DNA from: a virus
IMG/VR virus record: IMGVR_UViG_3300019935_000002
Location: 14,395 to 78,394 of that record
Reading direction: 5' to 3' (one strand)
DNA: 64,000 nt
In this document: positions 1-9,002 of the stretch, piece after piece
How positions within the stretch are numbered: position 1 is the stretch's first letter
How the letters are laid out: each line of letters opens with the position of its first letter
Position numbers and translations under genes: made by a program
Notes under the pieces: generated by a model
What the model was told of the DNA's origin: nothing
Database searches by the model: none
The model's input: only the letters and a program-made list of their open reading frames with translations

Positions 1-1535
1 GACCGCTCGTTCTCGTCCACCTCTTGACTCAGGATCATGCTGTCGTGGGAGTCCCACATCTCAATATCGAGAGATTGTACCGACAGGGCCATCTCAAACT
101 GAGCATTGTGAGCCACATAAGGCTTTTTCTGTCCCCGACAGGCATCCCTCATTGCGGTTAGCAGGTTGGCCAGTTTGGTCTTTTCCAGGTTGTCGAACTC
201 AAGTTCGCTGTTGTCGTGCTCCACAGTAAGGTAAACGCTGTGCTGGCAGTTCGAGCCAAAGCAGACAGATGCGCCGGTTGCCTCCATGGATACTACGTCA
301 AGGTAGGTGCTGCCGGACTTTGCCTGCTGAAACGCTTCATGTTGTAGGGTGTCGTAACCCTCGTAGTCGTATGAGATTAGAGGAGAGCCTGCCACCTGCT
401 GCGCCATCCGCCCCGGCATATCGTCAGACCAGTTGCCGCTGTGGATAAGAGTCTCCGTAGGCATGAACTGTTTGAGTGATTGCTCAAACACGTCAGTGCA
501 GCCAACAGAGGCCATAAGATCGGTCACGCGCTGACGGCTGGGAACTCGTTTACGGAAGTCAGGCTTGGTGATCTTACCCGCGTAGCTACGCCAGCACAGC
601 TGCGGCCTTAATGACGCCACCGTGTACATGGTCTGCCAGTTGGGGGCATCTTTCAGGATAAGAGACAGAGCTTTCTTTACCTGCTTGGGCGTACTGTCGT
701 GCTCAGCAGCAGCCTCGATGTTTTTGTAGTTACGGGTGGTTACGGCTTTGACCAGCTCATCCAGCCCACCATCACCTACAGCAGCGTAGAGGTCGTTCCA
801 TTTGGCTGGGCCAAAGGACTTAACGCCACCGTACTCGTCAGAGGCGTCCCCTACAAGCGACTTAAACAGCGTCACATAGCGCAGAGGAAATGGGCGCTCA
901 ACACTCTTGTCCACATCGTAGTAGTTGGTCTCTTTCCAGCGACCCTTGAGCACTGCAGTCACGTCTTCTCGCTCGGCAAGGGCAAGTAGATCGTGATCGT
1001 TGGTGTACACAAACTTGTCGCCCTGCAGACCTTGGCAGCACCAAGCGATTACGTCGTCAGCTTCAACGCCTTTAACTTTGATCGCGGTTGAGCCGGAATA
1101 GACCAGCACATCCTCCAGTACCTTCTTGAACTGGATCAGATTCTTCATCTCCTGATCCATCACCTGCTCAGCTTTGCGGGCCTCGCGCTTTGCTTTGTAG
1201 CCGGGGAAGATGCCTTTACGGAAATCGATGCCGCCGTCTTTTGCGAGGATGACGTTGATAGGCGCAGTGCCCATATTGCTGAAAAGTTGTGGGCCATACA
1301 CGTCAAAGAAGAAGCGCATAGCGCCACCGACAGTGGGAATCTTCTTGTCGGTTTCCGGATCGTACTCCTTGAAGCTGGCGCCATAAAAGCAGTGCTTGGT
1401 GACAGAGTTCCAGTCCAGCAGGTGCCAGAATGTGTCGCGTACTTTGGCCGCACCGTAATCAGCGATGTTCCGGTCGATACCCGACTTGATATCTTCTACG
1501 GTTAGTTTTCGATGTTCAGGCAGTAGGTGGTTCAT
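1..1535 (-). CDS. DNA polymerase I-like protein, N-terminal part (5'-3' exonuclease + 3'-5' exonuclease); continues beyond window start
   Basis: Not in ORF track (no stop in window). Manual translation from ATG 1535: DGGIDFRKGIFPGYKAKR, GVEADDVIA, TNDHDL, LVGDASDEYGGVKSFG (FEN/H3TH motifs), then YDYEG, VAHNAQFE, HDSMIL (proofreading exo motifs). Confidence 0.88.
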   Translation of the reverse strand, partial: MNHLLPEHRKLTVEDIKSGIDRNIADYGAAKVRDTFWHLLDWNSVTKHCFYGASFKEYDPETDKKIPTVGGAMRFFFDVYGPQLFSNMGTAPINVILAKDGGIDFRKGIFPGYKAKREARKAEQVMDQEMKNLIQFKKVLEDVLVYSGSTAIKVKGVEADDVIAWCCQGLQGDKFVYTNDHDLLALAEREDVTAVLKGRWKETNYYDVDKSVERPFPLRYVTLFKSLVGDASDEYGGVKSFGPAKWNDLYAAVGDGGLDELVKAVTTRNYKNIEAAAEHDSTPKQVKKALSLILKDAPNWQTMYTVASLRPQLCWRSYAGKITKPDFRKRVPSRQRVTDLMASVGCTDVFEQSLKQFMPTETLIHSGNWSDDMPGRMAQQVAGSPLISYDYEGYDTLQHEAFQQAKSGSTYLDVVSMEATGASVCFGSNCQHSVYLTVEHDNSELEFDNLEKTKLANLLTAMRDACRGQKKPYVAHNAQFEMALSVQSLDIEMWDSHDSMILSQEVDENER

Positions 1536-1777
1536 GGAGTCTCCTCATACGTGTCATAAGGGCTGCAGTCCCAAACATCATCAATGTCGCCCTGCATCAG
1601 GCTGTAAGTGCCTGACTCGGAGCACTTAGCGAGGGCGAAGTCCCTGCCGACGGCTACAACCGTCTGCTTTTTATCGGAGCCTTTACTGCCCTGGTAGTGA
1701 AATTGCTTGGCCCCGCAAAACCCGAACCAGATTTCGTCACCCAAGTGGATGTCGGAGTACTTTGTTATTTGTCCCAT
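1532..1777 (-). CDS. hypothetical protein
   Basis: ORF with SD, ATGA overlap with polymerase start. Confidence 0.7.
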   Translation of the reverse strand: MGQITKYSDIHLGDEIWFGFCGAKQFHYQGSKGSDKKQTVVAVGRDFALAKCSESGTYSLMQGDIDDVWDCSPYDTYEETP

Positions 1778-1839
1778 AAGTCACCTTAATTCAGACATAA
1801 AAATAGCGGCCCGAAGGCCGCCATCCAAGCTTCCAACGA

Positions 1840-2763
1840 TCAGAAGTCTTCCAGGTCTTCCACAGAGATGCCTGCAGCAGTCTCCAGGTTGATGCCCAGC
1901 TTCTGGCAGAAGTCGTCCTTCGTGCCAGCGACCGGATCGATAACCCAAGGGTTGTAAGTCTTGCCATTACCACCCTGAGTTTTAGGCCCTACGCTTACCT
2001 TCAGCACCCGCTGATCAATGGGAGTGCCTTGCTTCTTGGCCATCACCATCAGACCGCGAAAGCGCTGCATGGAAGCCTGAGCGATCTGCATCTCACACAT
2101 AGTACCTACCGGCACCACATCGCCTACTTCCTTGCTGAACTTCAGAATTTGAGCGCCGACCATTTCGTACTCAACTTCTTCAGGCTTCAAGCCTTCCTCA
2201 CGCAGCTCCTGCTTGAACTGCGTGACAGACTTGCCTCGGGTGGTCTGCATCTCATTTTCGCTGAGGCCAGGCTGCACAGTATAGTAAGCCATCTGTTCCT
2301 TCGTCGGATTCTCTACGCCAGCAGGCTTAATGAGGCGCTGCAGGCGGCGGTTGACCACTGCCACGATAAGCGCCTTACCTGCAGATGCGTTGTCCAGATC
2401 AAACTCGGCGTTCTCAATCTTCAGCTTTTTGAAGGCACCGTAGCCCAGCTCACTAACATCCACGTCTTCGCCGCCCATCGTAGGAGCCTGAACATCGGCT
2501 GGGTTAGCGACCGCTGTTGACTGAGTTCGTACCGCAACCTGAGTGCTTGGCTCTGAATCCATAGGGGCGCCTGCCATCAGGCCGTTGCTGGTTTCTTCTG
2601 CCGGGTCGGCGTCCATTACCAGACCATTAGCCGGCTCCTGTTCTGCAGCTTTAGTTTCTGCAGGCTGGGCGTCCTCAGTCACCAGACCGTTGCCGGAAGC
2701 AGCTGCGCCATCTTCTGCAATAAGTTTGTTCATCTTTTTGTTACCAATAACATTAAAGTTCAT
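1840..2763 (-). CDS. putative ssDNA-binding protein
   Basis: Replication module, own promoter, acidic C-terminus ending in aromatic residue (SVEDLEDF). Confidence 0.5.
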   Translation of the reverse strand: MNFNVIGNKKMNKLIAEDGAAASGNGLVTEDAQPAETKAAEQEPANGLVMDADPAEETSNGLMAGAPMDSEPSTQVAVRTQSTAVANPADVQAPTMGGEDVDVSELGYGAFKKLKIENAEFDLDNASAGKALIVAVVNRRLQRLIKPAGVENPTKEQMAYYTVQPGLSENEMQTTRGKSVTQFKQELREEGLKPEEVEYEMVGAQILKFSKEVGDVVPVGTMCEMQIAQASMQRFRGLMVMAKKQGTPIDQRVLKVSVGPKTQGGNGKTYNPWVIDPVAGTKDDFCQKLGINLETAAGISVEDLEDF

Positions 2764-2817
2764 TTTTTCTTCTCTTCTTCATTTAGTTGGGGGGTAGACC
2801 GTGTAGGTCTGGGAAAG

Positions 2818-2846
2818 ACTATAGCAGCGGTTGCGGCTACAGTCAA
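2818..2846 (-). promoter_or_regulatory. sigma70-type promoter
   Basis: TTGACT-17-TATAGT with TG extension. Confidence 0.7.
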
Positions 2847-3181
2847 AGGTTAGTGTTTACCAAAGGGCATGACTTTTCTTGGGACTTCAGCCTTTCGCTG
2901 ACAGCTAAGGCCTCTTCTGCCTGAAGCTTTTTCTTTTCAATCTGTTCAGACTCCTCCAGTATTTTGGCAGCGGCCCTAAGATAGTCAGCGGCATAGGTGT
3001 TGCTTACCTTATCAGCAAGTCGGAACGCTACCTCTGAATCTTTCAGCACCAAATTGCGGGCTGCGGCCCTAAGGCTCCCATCACGTACCCAGTATGAGAT
3101 TCCACCGCAGGCGATGTAATCTTCCACATCGCCTGCGCCTGTGAACTGAACCTCATCCAGCAGCTCTTTTTCGTCAATCAT
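2843..3181 (-). CDS. hypothetical protein
   Basis: Start refined to ATG after GGAGG. Confidence 0.7.
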   Translation of the reverse strand: MIDEKELLDEVQFTGAGDVEDYIACGGISYWVRDGSLRAAARNLVLKDSEVAFRLADKVSNTYAADYLRAAAKILEESEQIEKKKLQAEEALAVSERLKSQEKSCPLVNTNL

Positions 3182-3208
3182 CAGAACCTCCAAAGAGTTC
3201 TACTACAG

Positions 3209-3631
3209 TCAAAGGTTGATTTTGTTCGCCTTTACGTACTCGGCACTACCTTGCAGTAGGCTCTTTAATTCAGCAATTCTGAACTCTTTAGGTACGATAT
3301 TACCAGGAATAAGAGGGTTGCTGTGCGGAGCCTCCTTTCTTATCTTGGCAAACTCACACCTGCCTACCGGCCTGCGTCGGACAAGCAAGGCCCTGATGGC
3401 GTCGCCTTCCACCTCAACTTTCATCAGGGCGAACTGGTGCTTGTCTTTTATACGTCTCACTACGTGCTCTGAACTTAAGACCATCACGCCACACAGAGTT
3501 ATAGTTCGCTCTCCCTCTATGGCGACTGCAAGTCGGGAGTTGCTGTCAAAGAGGTCTGAGGACTCCATTAACTTCTCCATCTCCACAGCTCTTGCTTCTG
3601 CCTTGTCAATCTCACTCAGTAAATCAATCAT
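3209..3631 (-). CDS. hypothetical protein
   Basis: Start refined to ATG after GGAGG, overlapping helicase stop. Confidence 0.7.
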   Translation of the reverse strand: MIDLLSEIDKAEARAVEMEKLMESSDLFDSNSRLAVAIEGERTITLCGVMVLSSEHVVRRIKDKHQFALMKVEVEGDAIRALLVRRRPVGRCEFAKIRKEAPHSNPLIPGNIVPKEFRIAELKSLLQGSAEYVKANKINL

Positions 3632-5183
3632 CAGAACCTCCAAACAATTCAACTTCCATCGCTTGAACAGGGAACTCTCTGCCGTTAATCTCCGTAACCT
3701 TCCTAGTCTTATCTACCATCTTAGAGAAGGACTTGTCGGCTACAGTGCCCAACACCCGCAGGAAGTAACAGACCATCGCAAACTTCTGCCCCGTCCTCTC
3801 CATGCGAGCTACCGCCTGCTGCACGTCCCTAGGGGTCGTAGGGTTCTCGACAAACAGCATGTAACGCGCTACCTGCCAGTTGAATCCTGCCCCTCCTGCA
3901 CCCCAGTTGGCGATCATCATCCCACATTCGTCCGAGGTCTCGAATTTGATTCGGTTCGCCTCTGAGTCTTTTGGTGATTGGCCACCGTAGATGACCGCAG
4001 GATTAAACTCTGCGTACCGTTCCTTCAGGTAGTCAATGGTGTCCTTGTACCAGGCCCATACGATGATCTTGTGCTTCCTTGGGTTAACAGACTCAATAAT
4101 CTCGTCAGCCGCCTGCAGTACAGTGTTGTCTTTCTTGAATTTACCCGCCTTGTCGTCATCTACATAGTGATGAGGGCAAGATAGGATTCGCCCGGCGTAC
4201 TGCCGTAGCTGAGAGGCATGCTCTGCATTAAGCAGCTCGCCGTTCACCTCCAGCAGACGAGTGTTGATCAGATTGCGGTAGAGCTTCCGGTGTGCAGGGG
4301 AAAGGTCGACAGGGACTTCGACCGGTCGCAACTCAGGCAAGTCCTTCTGTACCTCACGCAGAGTTATCTTCCTTGCCCTGCGGCACATGATTTCACCGAG
4401 CTTGTCGAGATTCTTATAGGTGTAGCCTATGATGTTCTCGAACTTACGGCCGGTATCAGGGTCCTCCTTATAGACGGTAATTGCCTGATCTACGAACATG
4501 TTGTAGAACTCTGCGTAATCAAAGAAAAGTTCAGGGTCAATAAGTTTGATCAGACCATAGGCGTCTGTCGGAACGTTGCGGATCTCTGAACCTGTAAACA
4601 GGTGAACTCCGTACATTCCCTTGCTGGCGTAGAACAGTCTCCATACAGCCCCCCATAGCTTGGTCTCGGCATTAGATAGCTTATCTGCCTCGTCAAACAG
4701 GAACGCTCGGTAGCCGACACTCTTTAGGTAGCTGCCGTCTCTGCGGATTCGCTCATAGCTCATCAGCATCAGAGGTGGCCAGCTGTCGTCCATCGTGTAT
4801 TCGGCATACTTTTCGTCGCGCTTCTTGGGGGTCATGTCCTGGACTAGGTAGTCAAACCCCAAGTCGTCAGGCACCGTCCAATCTCGCTTAAAGTCAGACA
4901 GCCACCGTCCTATCAGTTTAGGAGGCATCACCATCAGGCACTTAATGCCTGACAGGTGGTACAGGAGGATCAGAGCTTGCATAGGGATCGTCTTGCCGAC
5001 CCCCGGCTCATCCCATAGCGCTGACCGCTCCGACCACTCCTGTCCGGCCAGAATGTTAAGGCCGGATATTTGGTGGTCGAACGGGGAGTACTGATCGTTG
5101 CCGTCCGGATGGCATACGATCCTATCTGATCCTGGAGGTGAAGCAACCCCTGCCTTCTGGCACATTTCACTGAGTGTCATCAT
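3624..5183 (-). CDS. SNF2-like SF2 DNA helicase
   Basis: DEPGVGKT, FDEADK, TGSEIRN, AGGAGFN, QAVARMERTGQ. Confidence 0.9.
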   Translation of the reverse strand: MMTLSEMCQKAGVASPPGSDRIVCHPDGNDQYSPFDHQISGLNILAGQEWSERSALWDEPGVGKTIPMQALILLYHLSGIKCLMVMPPKLIGRWLSDFKRDWTVPDDLGFDYLVQDMTPKKRDEKYAEYTMDDSWPPLMLMSYERIRRDGSYLKSVGYRAFLFDEADKLSNAETKLWGAVWRLFYASKGMYGVHLFTGSEIRNVPTDAYGLIKLIDPELFFDYAEFYNMFVDQAITVYKEDPDTGRKFENIIGYTYKNLDKLGEIMCRRARKITLREVQKDLPELRPVEVPVDLSPAHRKLYRNLINTRLLEVNGELLNAEHASQLRQYAGRILSCPHHYVDDDKAGKFKKDNTVLQAADEIIESVNPRKHKIIVWAWYKDTIDYLKERYAEFNPAVIYGGQSPKDSEANRIKFETSDECGMMIANWGAGGAGFNWQVARYMLFVENPTTPRDVQQAVARMERTGQKFAMVCYFLRVLGTVADKSFSKMVDKTRKVTEINGREFPVQAMEVELFGGSDD

Positions 5184-5544
5184 GGCCGCAGACTCCCAGA
5201 CCCTCTTTAAAGAACTTTACCGAGGCGTCGAATTCTTCTTCGCTGATTTGTTCCAGTAACGAATCAGGTCGCCAGTTCAGATAGCTCTTGTGCCTATACC
5301 ATCCTCTCCTTTTATTAGGCACTATTAAGAAGATTACAGTCTTACCTGCTGCCGAGAAGCCGGTAGCGGCAGCTCCTAGGCCCTCTCTTCCCTTAAAGAG
5401 CAGAGGTTGTTTGGTAGTAAGGCCCGCAGCTTCTACTATTTCAGGGCACAGTTCTCCGTCAGTGCCGTGCTCGGTAAAGGCTTGAATCAGCGGGCCTTGT
5501 TCCGCTTTGTAGAATGAAAACTTTTCCATAGAGATTCCTGTCAC
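5167..5544 (-). CDS. hypothetical protein
   Basis: ORF filling gap between primase and helicase; start may be 5529. Confidence 0.65.
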   Translation of the reverse strand: MTGISMEKFSFYKAEQGPLIQAFTEHGTDGELCPEIVEAAGLTTKQPLLFKGREGLGAAATGFSAAGKTVIFLIVPNKRRGWYRHKSYLNWRPDSLLEQISEEEFDASVKFFKEGLGVCGHDDTQ

Positions 5545-8447
5545 TAAAATTCATCTATTTCAGAGGCAGGCGGTGAAGACATCCACCAGCCTTTCTCCTC
5601 CAGATCCTGCATGGAGATGTATGCGAATCCGTCCTCTCCCATTCTGACGTACTTAGGAGGCGCTGACTTGAGCATCTTCTCAAAGTCTTCCGGAGCCATC
5701 TTGAATACACCTCTCTGACCCTGACGATCTATCCGGGACAGAGCCTGGTAGGCATACAGAGGCAGGAACCTGACCTTATCCGCTGACGCAAGATACATCC
5801 CGACGGAACCTGACATCTTAGGCCCGTCAGGATCTATATCGAGCACAGCATTATTGATCGACCATGCAATACGCTTGATTATGAGATCTATGTTAGAGTC
5901 AATCGTCTTGCTTTCAGTAACGGTAAGCTTGTCAAGCAGCGCCACTTCCAGCTCTTTTAACCTTACGCTACAGTCAGCACCAAGCCGCTTAAGAGCCTTA
6001 CCTAAGAAGTCCAATCCCAGCAGGCAGGCGGCATAGCCCTCCCGCTTGCGGTCAGATCCGCTCACCTTAGGCACCTGCTCGATTCTTCTGCTGAATTGGT
6101 CTGCTACCCATAGGACTTCAGTAGCCTGCACAGCCTCTACTAACAGGTCTAGTCCGAAGCTGGCTAGCAAGGGCTTTCGGGCTGAAACGTACATAAAGTT
6201 CGCCCTTCTGTCACTGTCGTCCTTCCATTGCATATCGAACGCAACCTCCAAGGTCCTGGTGCGCAACGACCGGTGCTCTGCGGCGATGGTCTCCTCACCG
6301 CAAGTCACCACAGGAGAAGTAGACACCTTGTCCTGAACTCCGCCTGACGCCATCTTAGAAGTCGCACTGTGATCCCATGAGGACTTGAACACATTGACCA
6401 GTTCCTTGTACTTGTGGAAGTCAATCGTGCCTTGGTTAACCTCGTCCACAATGGTAGGCACCGAGTTAGACTGGGACAGCTTTTCCCGGATAGAGACAAT
6501 CGTAGACTGACTTGCATCCACTACTGGGGCATCTGTGCCAGGCACTCCGTGCAGGCATAGCATAAGGGACGCCGACGCCGTCTTGCCTGACTCCGGCGCT
6601 CCGTACAGGTTCAGCAGTGGGAAATTGACTCCTGTCGCCCTCAAGTGAGGTTTGATGTGAGCAGCGCAGAACCATCCCAGGACAGTAGCTGCCTCAGCCT
6701 CAGGCAGAGTTCTGCTGATGCTGTCTATCAGCTTGCTAAGGTCTTCTGCGGTGTAATTGCGAGCACCCCTTTCCATTTTTCTGCTAAACGGAGGTACGTT
6801 CGCCAGATTAGGCATACGGCTCCTGCAATTCTTTACCTTCTCTCGCCTCGGATCTTCAGGAAACTCGGTTCTAAACACCTCCTCAATATCCGGATCAGAC
6901 AGAAGATCCGTATCCGGATCGCAGTACACGATGACCGGATCTCCGTCCCTGAGAAAGACGGAAGTTCCGAAGTGAGGAACTACTGTGATCTCTTCTGCGT
7001 TCATAACTTTTAGGTTCCCACGATCTGTAAGTACCATCCTTAATTTGCTCCAGAAGTCCGGAGAAGTTAACCAACTGCCGCCGGATGACACGATGACATC
7101 TCTGGCTATCATTGGGGAGTTTGCCGCTTCCTCGCTCAGGTTCACCTCAACAGGCTCCGAAGCCCCCATAGAGTCAAACGTCGTCATCTCCAGTAGCAGT
7201 CCGGCAGGTTTGCGGTAATTCCTGCGCAGCTCAGGGGTGTTGTGCCAGTCCACGGGGTAACCTACCTTCACCGCCTTGGTGCGCAGGTGGAAGTTAGTTG
7301 CTGGTTGCATGGCCTTGCCAAACCCAATCTCATAGCCTTTGTTTCCTATGGCTATCTGCAGTCGCTCATCAATATCAATCGCCACGTCGCCCTGCAGGAC
7401 TTTGCGGGTCTCGCATAGGCTACAGCCGCCGCACTTGTTGATTACTGAGAACAGCCCGCCCTTGCTGAAGTGTCTGTCAGAAGTTCTGATGTGCTCATAT
7501 ACGGAGAGGATGGCGTTGTATCTCTCCGACTCCGTCCGGTAACTGGACGATGTAACTGACTTAGCCATCCTCCGGCACAGTTCTTTTACTTCCGGTGCGG
7601 AGAGTCCGGCATCCTTGCAGTACGCCGCTAGCTGCATACACGCCTGATTAAAATTGCTCTTCTCGTCTCCTTTGGTTACCAGCCTGTCGATACAGCCAGG
7701 AAGGCCGTTTTCCTTGTAGTCTTTGGCAAGGTCTTCCTTAGGCGTAGCCTCTGAAAGTTTCTCGCGCTCCTTCCTTAGCTTAGCGGCCTCCTCTCTCGCC
7801 ATCTTAAATACGGCAGCGAGGGAATCCGCCTTTTCAGGCTCCCCAAATACAAACCCAATTCTTCTTTGGGACACCAGCTTCAGGTAGCCGTCAGGGCTGA
7901 GCAGGCTCAGTTCGTCTACAGTGAGAGGCACTTTATAGGTGTTGATGCCTTCTCTGCGCACATTAGGCATGCGTAACGTAGACCCCTGCCCTCCCTTGTA
8001 GACTCCCATGTCCAAACCGTCTACCTTAAAGTGGACGGCTATTTGGCGGTATGTGTCATACAGAAATGGCTGCGGCCGTAAGCGGCCAAAGTTCTTCCAA
8101 GGCAGGATTACGTGGAACCCTTTTGACCCTGACGCATAGATTTGCAGGCCGGTAGCTCCTACCCCCAGCAATTTAGAGACTAGTTGCTGGCATGACTTAA
8201 TGGCCCCTGCTATCGCGTCTTCCTTCGTGCCGCCCACTTCCTCTGGCTTGAAGTCAATATCGAACCACATATCACCAAAATATTTAATGACATGTCTGGG
8301 GGTCTCTTTAGTAACTGGCCTGTCAACCGACAGCACAGTCATGTGGCGGACAACGTTGTTCGTTATCAGCTTTACCAGAGTCTCCGGGTCGTCTTCTGTC
8401 TGCCGCCACTCACCAGCTTTTTCCTCTTTTTTCCAATACTTATACAT
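5544..8447 (-). CDS. AEP-family primase fused to P-loop helicase/ATPase
   Basis: WFDID and SGSKGFH AEP motifs; LPGCI and CGGCSLC Cys cluster; GAPESGKT Walker A, IVDE Walker B. Confidence 0.85.
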   Translation of the reverse strand: MYKYWKKEEKAGEWRQTEDDPETLVKLITNNVVRHMTVLSVDRPVTKETPRHVIKYFGDMWFDIDFKPEEVGGTKEDAIAGAIKSCQQLVSKLLGVGATGLQIYASGSKGFHVILPWKNFGRLRPQPFLYDTYRQIAVHFKVDGLDMGVYKGGQGSTLRMPNVRREGINTYKVPLTVDELSLLSPDGYLKLVSQRRIGFVFGEPEKADSLAAVFKMAREEAAKLRKEREKLSEATPKEDLAKDYKENGLPGCIDRLVTKGDEKSNFNQACMQLAAYCKDAGLSAPEVKELCRRMAKSVTSSSYRTESERYNAILSVYEHIRTSDRHFSKGGLFSVINKCGGCSLCETRKVLQGDVAIDIDERLQIAIGNKGYEIGFGKAMQPATNFHLRTKAVKVGYPVDWHNTPELRRNYRKPAGLLLEMTTFDSMGASEPVEVNLSEEAANSPMIARDVIVSSGGSWLTSPDFWSKLRMVLTDRGNLKVMNAEEITVVPHFGTSVFLRDGDPVIVYCDPDTDLLSDPDIEEVFRTEFPEDPRREKVKNCRSRMPNLANVPPFSRKMERGARNYTAEDLSKLIDSISRTLPEAEAATVLGWFCAAHIKPHLRATGVNFPLLNLYGAPESGKTASASLMLCLHGVPGTDAPVVDASQSTIVSIREKLSQSNSVPTIVDEVNQGTIDFHKYKELVNVFKSSWDHSATSKMASGGVQDKVSTSPVVTCGEETIAAEHRSLRTRTLEVAFDMQWKDDSDRRANFMYVSARKPLLASFGLDLLVEAVQATEVLWVADQFSRRIEQVPKVSGSDRKREGYAACLLGLDFLGKALKRLGADCSVRLKELEVALLDKLTVTESKTIDSNIDLIIKRIAWSINNAVLDIDPDGPKMSGSVGMYLASADKVRFLPLYAYQALSRIDRQGQRGVFKMAPEDFEKMLKSAPPKYVRMGEDGFAYISMQDLEEKGWWMSSPPASEIDEF

Positions 8448-8469
8448 GCTGTGGCTCCGGGCCGGACGA

Positions 8470-8934
8470 TCAGATGAAGACTATGGCGATGAAGATCTCT
8501 CCAGATGGCATTTCCTGACGCAGCAGGGTGTAGTCTTTGTTAACCTTCAGCCCTATGACACCGAGCTGCTTACGGCAGTTGTTGCTGCTTCGGTCGAAGT
8601 CGAGCGGGAGGACTATTCGCTTACCGTCGAATACCCCAGACTTGACCCGGCTTCTGAACAAGTTCCACCGGAACCGCTTACCCCGCAGACTGTGGGAGAA
8701 CATGTTGTCCAGCAGCAGCGCTTCTTCGCCCGCCAGAGCCGACTTGAGGGTGACGTCACCGGCAACGATCTCCTCCGGGCCGTCATTTGGCAGCACGGAG
8801 GGGTGGAACTCCTCCTCAGCGTCTATCTGTTTGCACACGGCAGCGAAAGCTGAGTCTGCGTCCGACTGCTCATGCGTATCAGAGAAAGTTGAGTCAGTGC
8901 TATCGTCCTTAGGCTCAATATTGTCGTATGACAT
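8470..8934 (-). CDS. hypothetical protein
   Basis: ORF with AGGAG SD, downstream of promoter. Confidence 0.75.
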   Translation of the reverse strand: MSYDNIEPKDDSTDSTFSDTHEQSDADSAFAAVCKQIDAEEEFHPSVLPNDGPEEIVAGDVTLKSALAGEEALLLDNMFSHSLRGKRFRWNLFRSRVKSGVFDGKRIVLPLDFDRSSNNCRKQLGVIGLKVNKDYTLLRQEMPSGEIFIAIVFI

Positions 8935-8967
8935 ATTCGTCTCCTGTTAAATTCGGGTTGGATCGCA

Positions 8968-8996
8968 ATACTAGATTGAAATGATGAGGTCGTCAA
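8968..8996 (-). promoter_or_regulatory. sigma70-type promoter
   Basis: TTGACG-17-TAGTAT; inverted repeat TCAATCACGG/CCGTGATTGA (8993-9022) overlaps -35. Confidence 0.7.
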
Positions 8997-9002
8997 TCAC
9001 GG

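Noticed and set aside
699-1505. Short ORFs listed in the track at the window start
   Set aside because: Overlap the polymerase reading frame that runs off the window
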